Shown: positions 62,961-64,000 of the stretch, piece by piece
How the letters are laid out: the number at the start of each line of letters is the position of its first letter
How positions within the stretch are numbered: the first letter of the stretch is position 1
Assembly: GCA_043228905.1 (NCBI GenBank)
Contig: JBHGNT010000003.1
Coordinates: 26,102,001 to 26,166,000 of the forward strand
Source of the DNA: Azolla caroliniana
Lineage: Eukaryota; Plantae; Polypodiophyta
Length of the DNA: 64,000 bases
Reading direction: 5' to 3'
The notes under the pieces: generated by a model
Told to the model about the DNA's origin: nothing
The model's input: only the letters and a program-made list of their open reading frames with translations
Databases searched by the model: none
Translations under genes and position numbers: made by a program

Positions 62961-63399
62961 GGATCAATATGAATGAACAAGTTACAAGACCTAATATCAT
63001 GTACGAAAATGAAATTGCATGACCTTGGTTATGTAGGGGTGATAGTTCGTTGTGGTATGATTTACCAACATTTAGGATAACATATTGGTATGAAACTTTG
63101 AAATGTGAGTCTCATTCAATGGATAATTTGAGAAATGTGCATCATATCTACATATTGTGAAGTTGTGCAATCAATAATGACTCTTACGGTGTCATATTAT
63201 ATGGTTATTACCATGAGCTATTGACCCATTAACAACTTCAATGTGATTTTTTTAATGGTGAAGGAAAGAAAGTTTGGGTCTTTATTGGGTGGCATGGAAG
63301 CATGTTTGTAATTTTCCTAAAAGACTTAGCAAGACAAGAATTCCAAATATATATGAACATATTGTGGCATGGAGAGCCTCATTCCTTAGAGGCATGGTT

Positions 63400-64000
63400 G
63401 AAGGAAACCAACCGTGGAAGAGTTGGTAACTTACTTTATTAAGAAGTTTGGGATCAAAATTGGAAAAGAAAATACAATTGACTTGTGATGGAAAATAGTC
63501 ACTAGTGATCTAAATGATACATGTTATAGGTAATTGATAGCCAATTGTTTGAAGAGATTGTTGCATTACATATAATGGCTTCCTCCATTTGAGAGAGGGA
63601 AAGGGGGGGAGAGTGAGAGCGATTTTGCATAATGATCCTTATGGTCAGTTTTTGGTTCTAGAAATCACGTTTTTTGGTGAGGTTGTGTGGGTGGTTGGGA
63701 TTTATGCCCCTAACCAAGCCATTCAACGCATTGCATTATGGGGCTCACTCCTTCAAACCATATATGTGGGTCGTCCAAGATTACTTATGGGTGATTTTAA
63801 CATGTGTGTTGATGCATCTCAATGTACGTCTGAACATTCAATCATAGATGATCTAGAGCAACTTGGTTGGGATTCATTGGCCATGGAGGTTTTGAAGTTG
63901 GATGTTTGGACATGGTTGCATGGGAATGATCTGGGTTTTACTTTCCAATATGCTCAACATAGACAAACATGAAGTTGGTTAGATAGAATGTATGTGATGC
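63400..64000 (+). mobile_element. L1-clade LINE APE endonuclease fragment, running off the window
   Basis: GKGG.V..DPYGQF..VGIYAPN..R..LW..LMGDFN..DVW..FTF..WLDRMY. Confidence 0.85.

Overview
Eukaryotic nuclear DNA from a land plant: AT-rich, with spliceosomal introns, plant-type gene families and many microsatellites. A fern or other seed-free plant is my guess from protein style and repeat content, but it cannot be shown from the window. Seven intron-containing genes were reconstructed by hand, all on the minus strand: phosphomannomutase (5' part only), a WNK kinase, a UBA2C-like two-RRM protein, TTI1, two tandem Cys-type glutathione peroxidases and a TCHQD-class GST. Introns and intergenic DNA hold decayed retroelements (RTEX-like and L1-like LINEs, Copia, Gypsy), a solo LTR nested in a LINE with a 4-bp target duplication, a MITE candidate and a tRNA-SINE-like array. 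I see no prokaryotic-type system, CRISPR array, tRNA or rRNA. The best leads are post-transcriptional: stacked uORFs plus a (UUAGGG)-type G-quadruplex in the WNK leader, a U12 intron in WNK, a candidate 24-nt cassette exon inside the split catalytic Cys codon of one GPX, a duplicated splice donor in TTI1, and IME-like motif arrays in first introns. The U12 intron and the nested solo LTR are well supported by sequence; the regulatory ideas are hypotheses that need transcript data.
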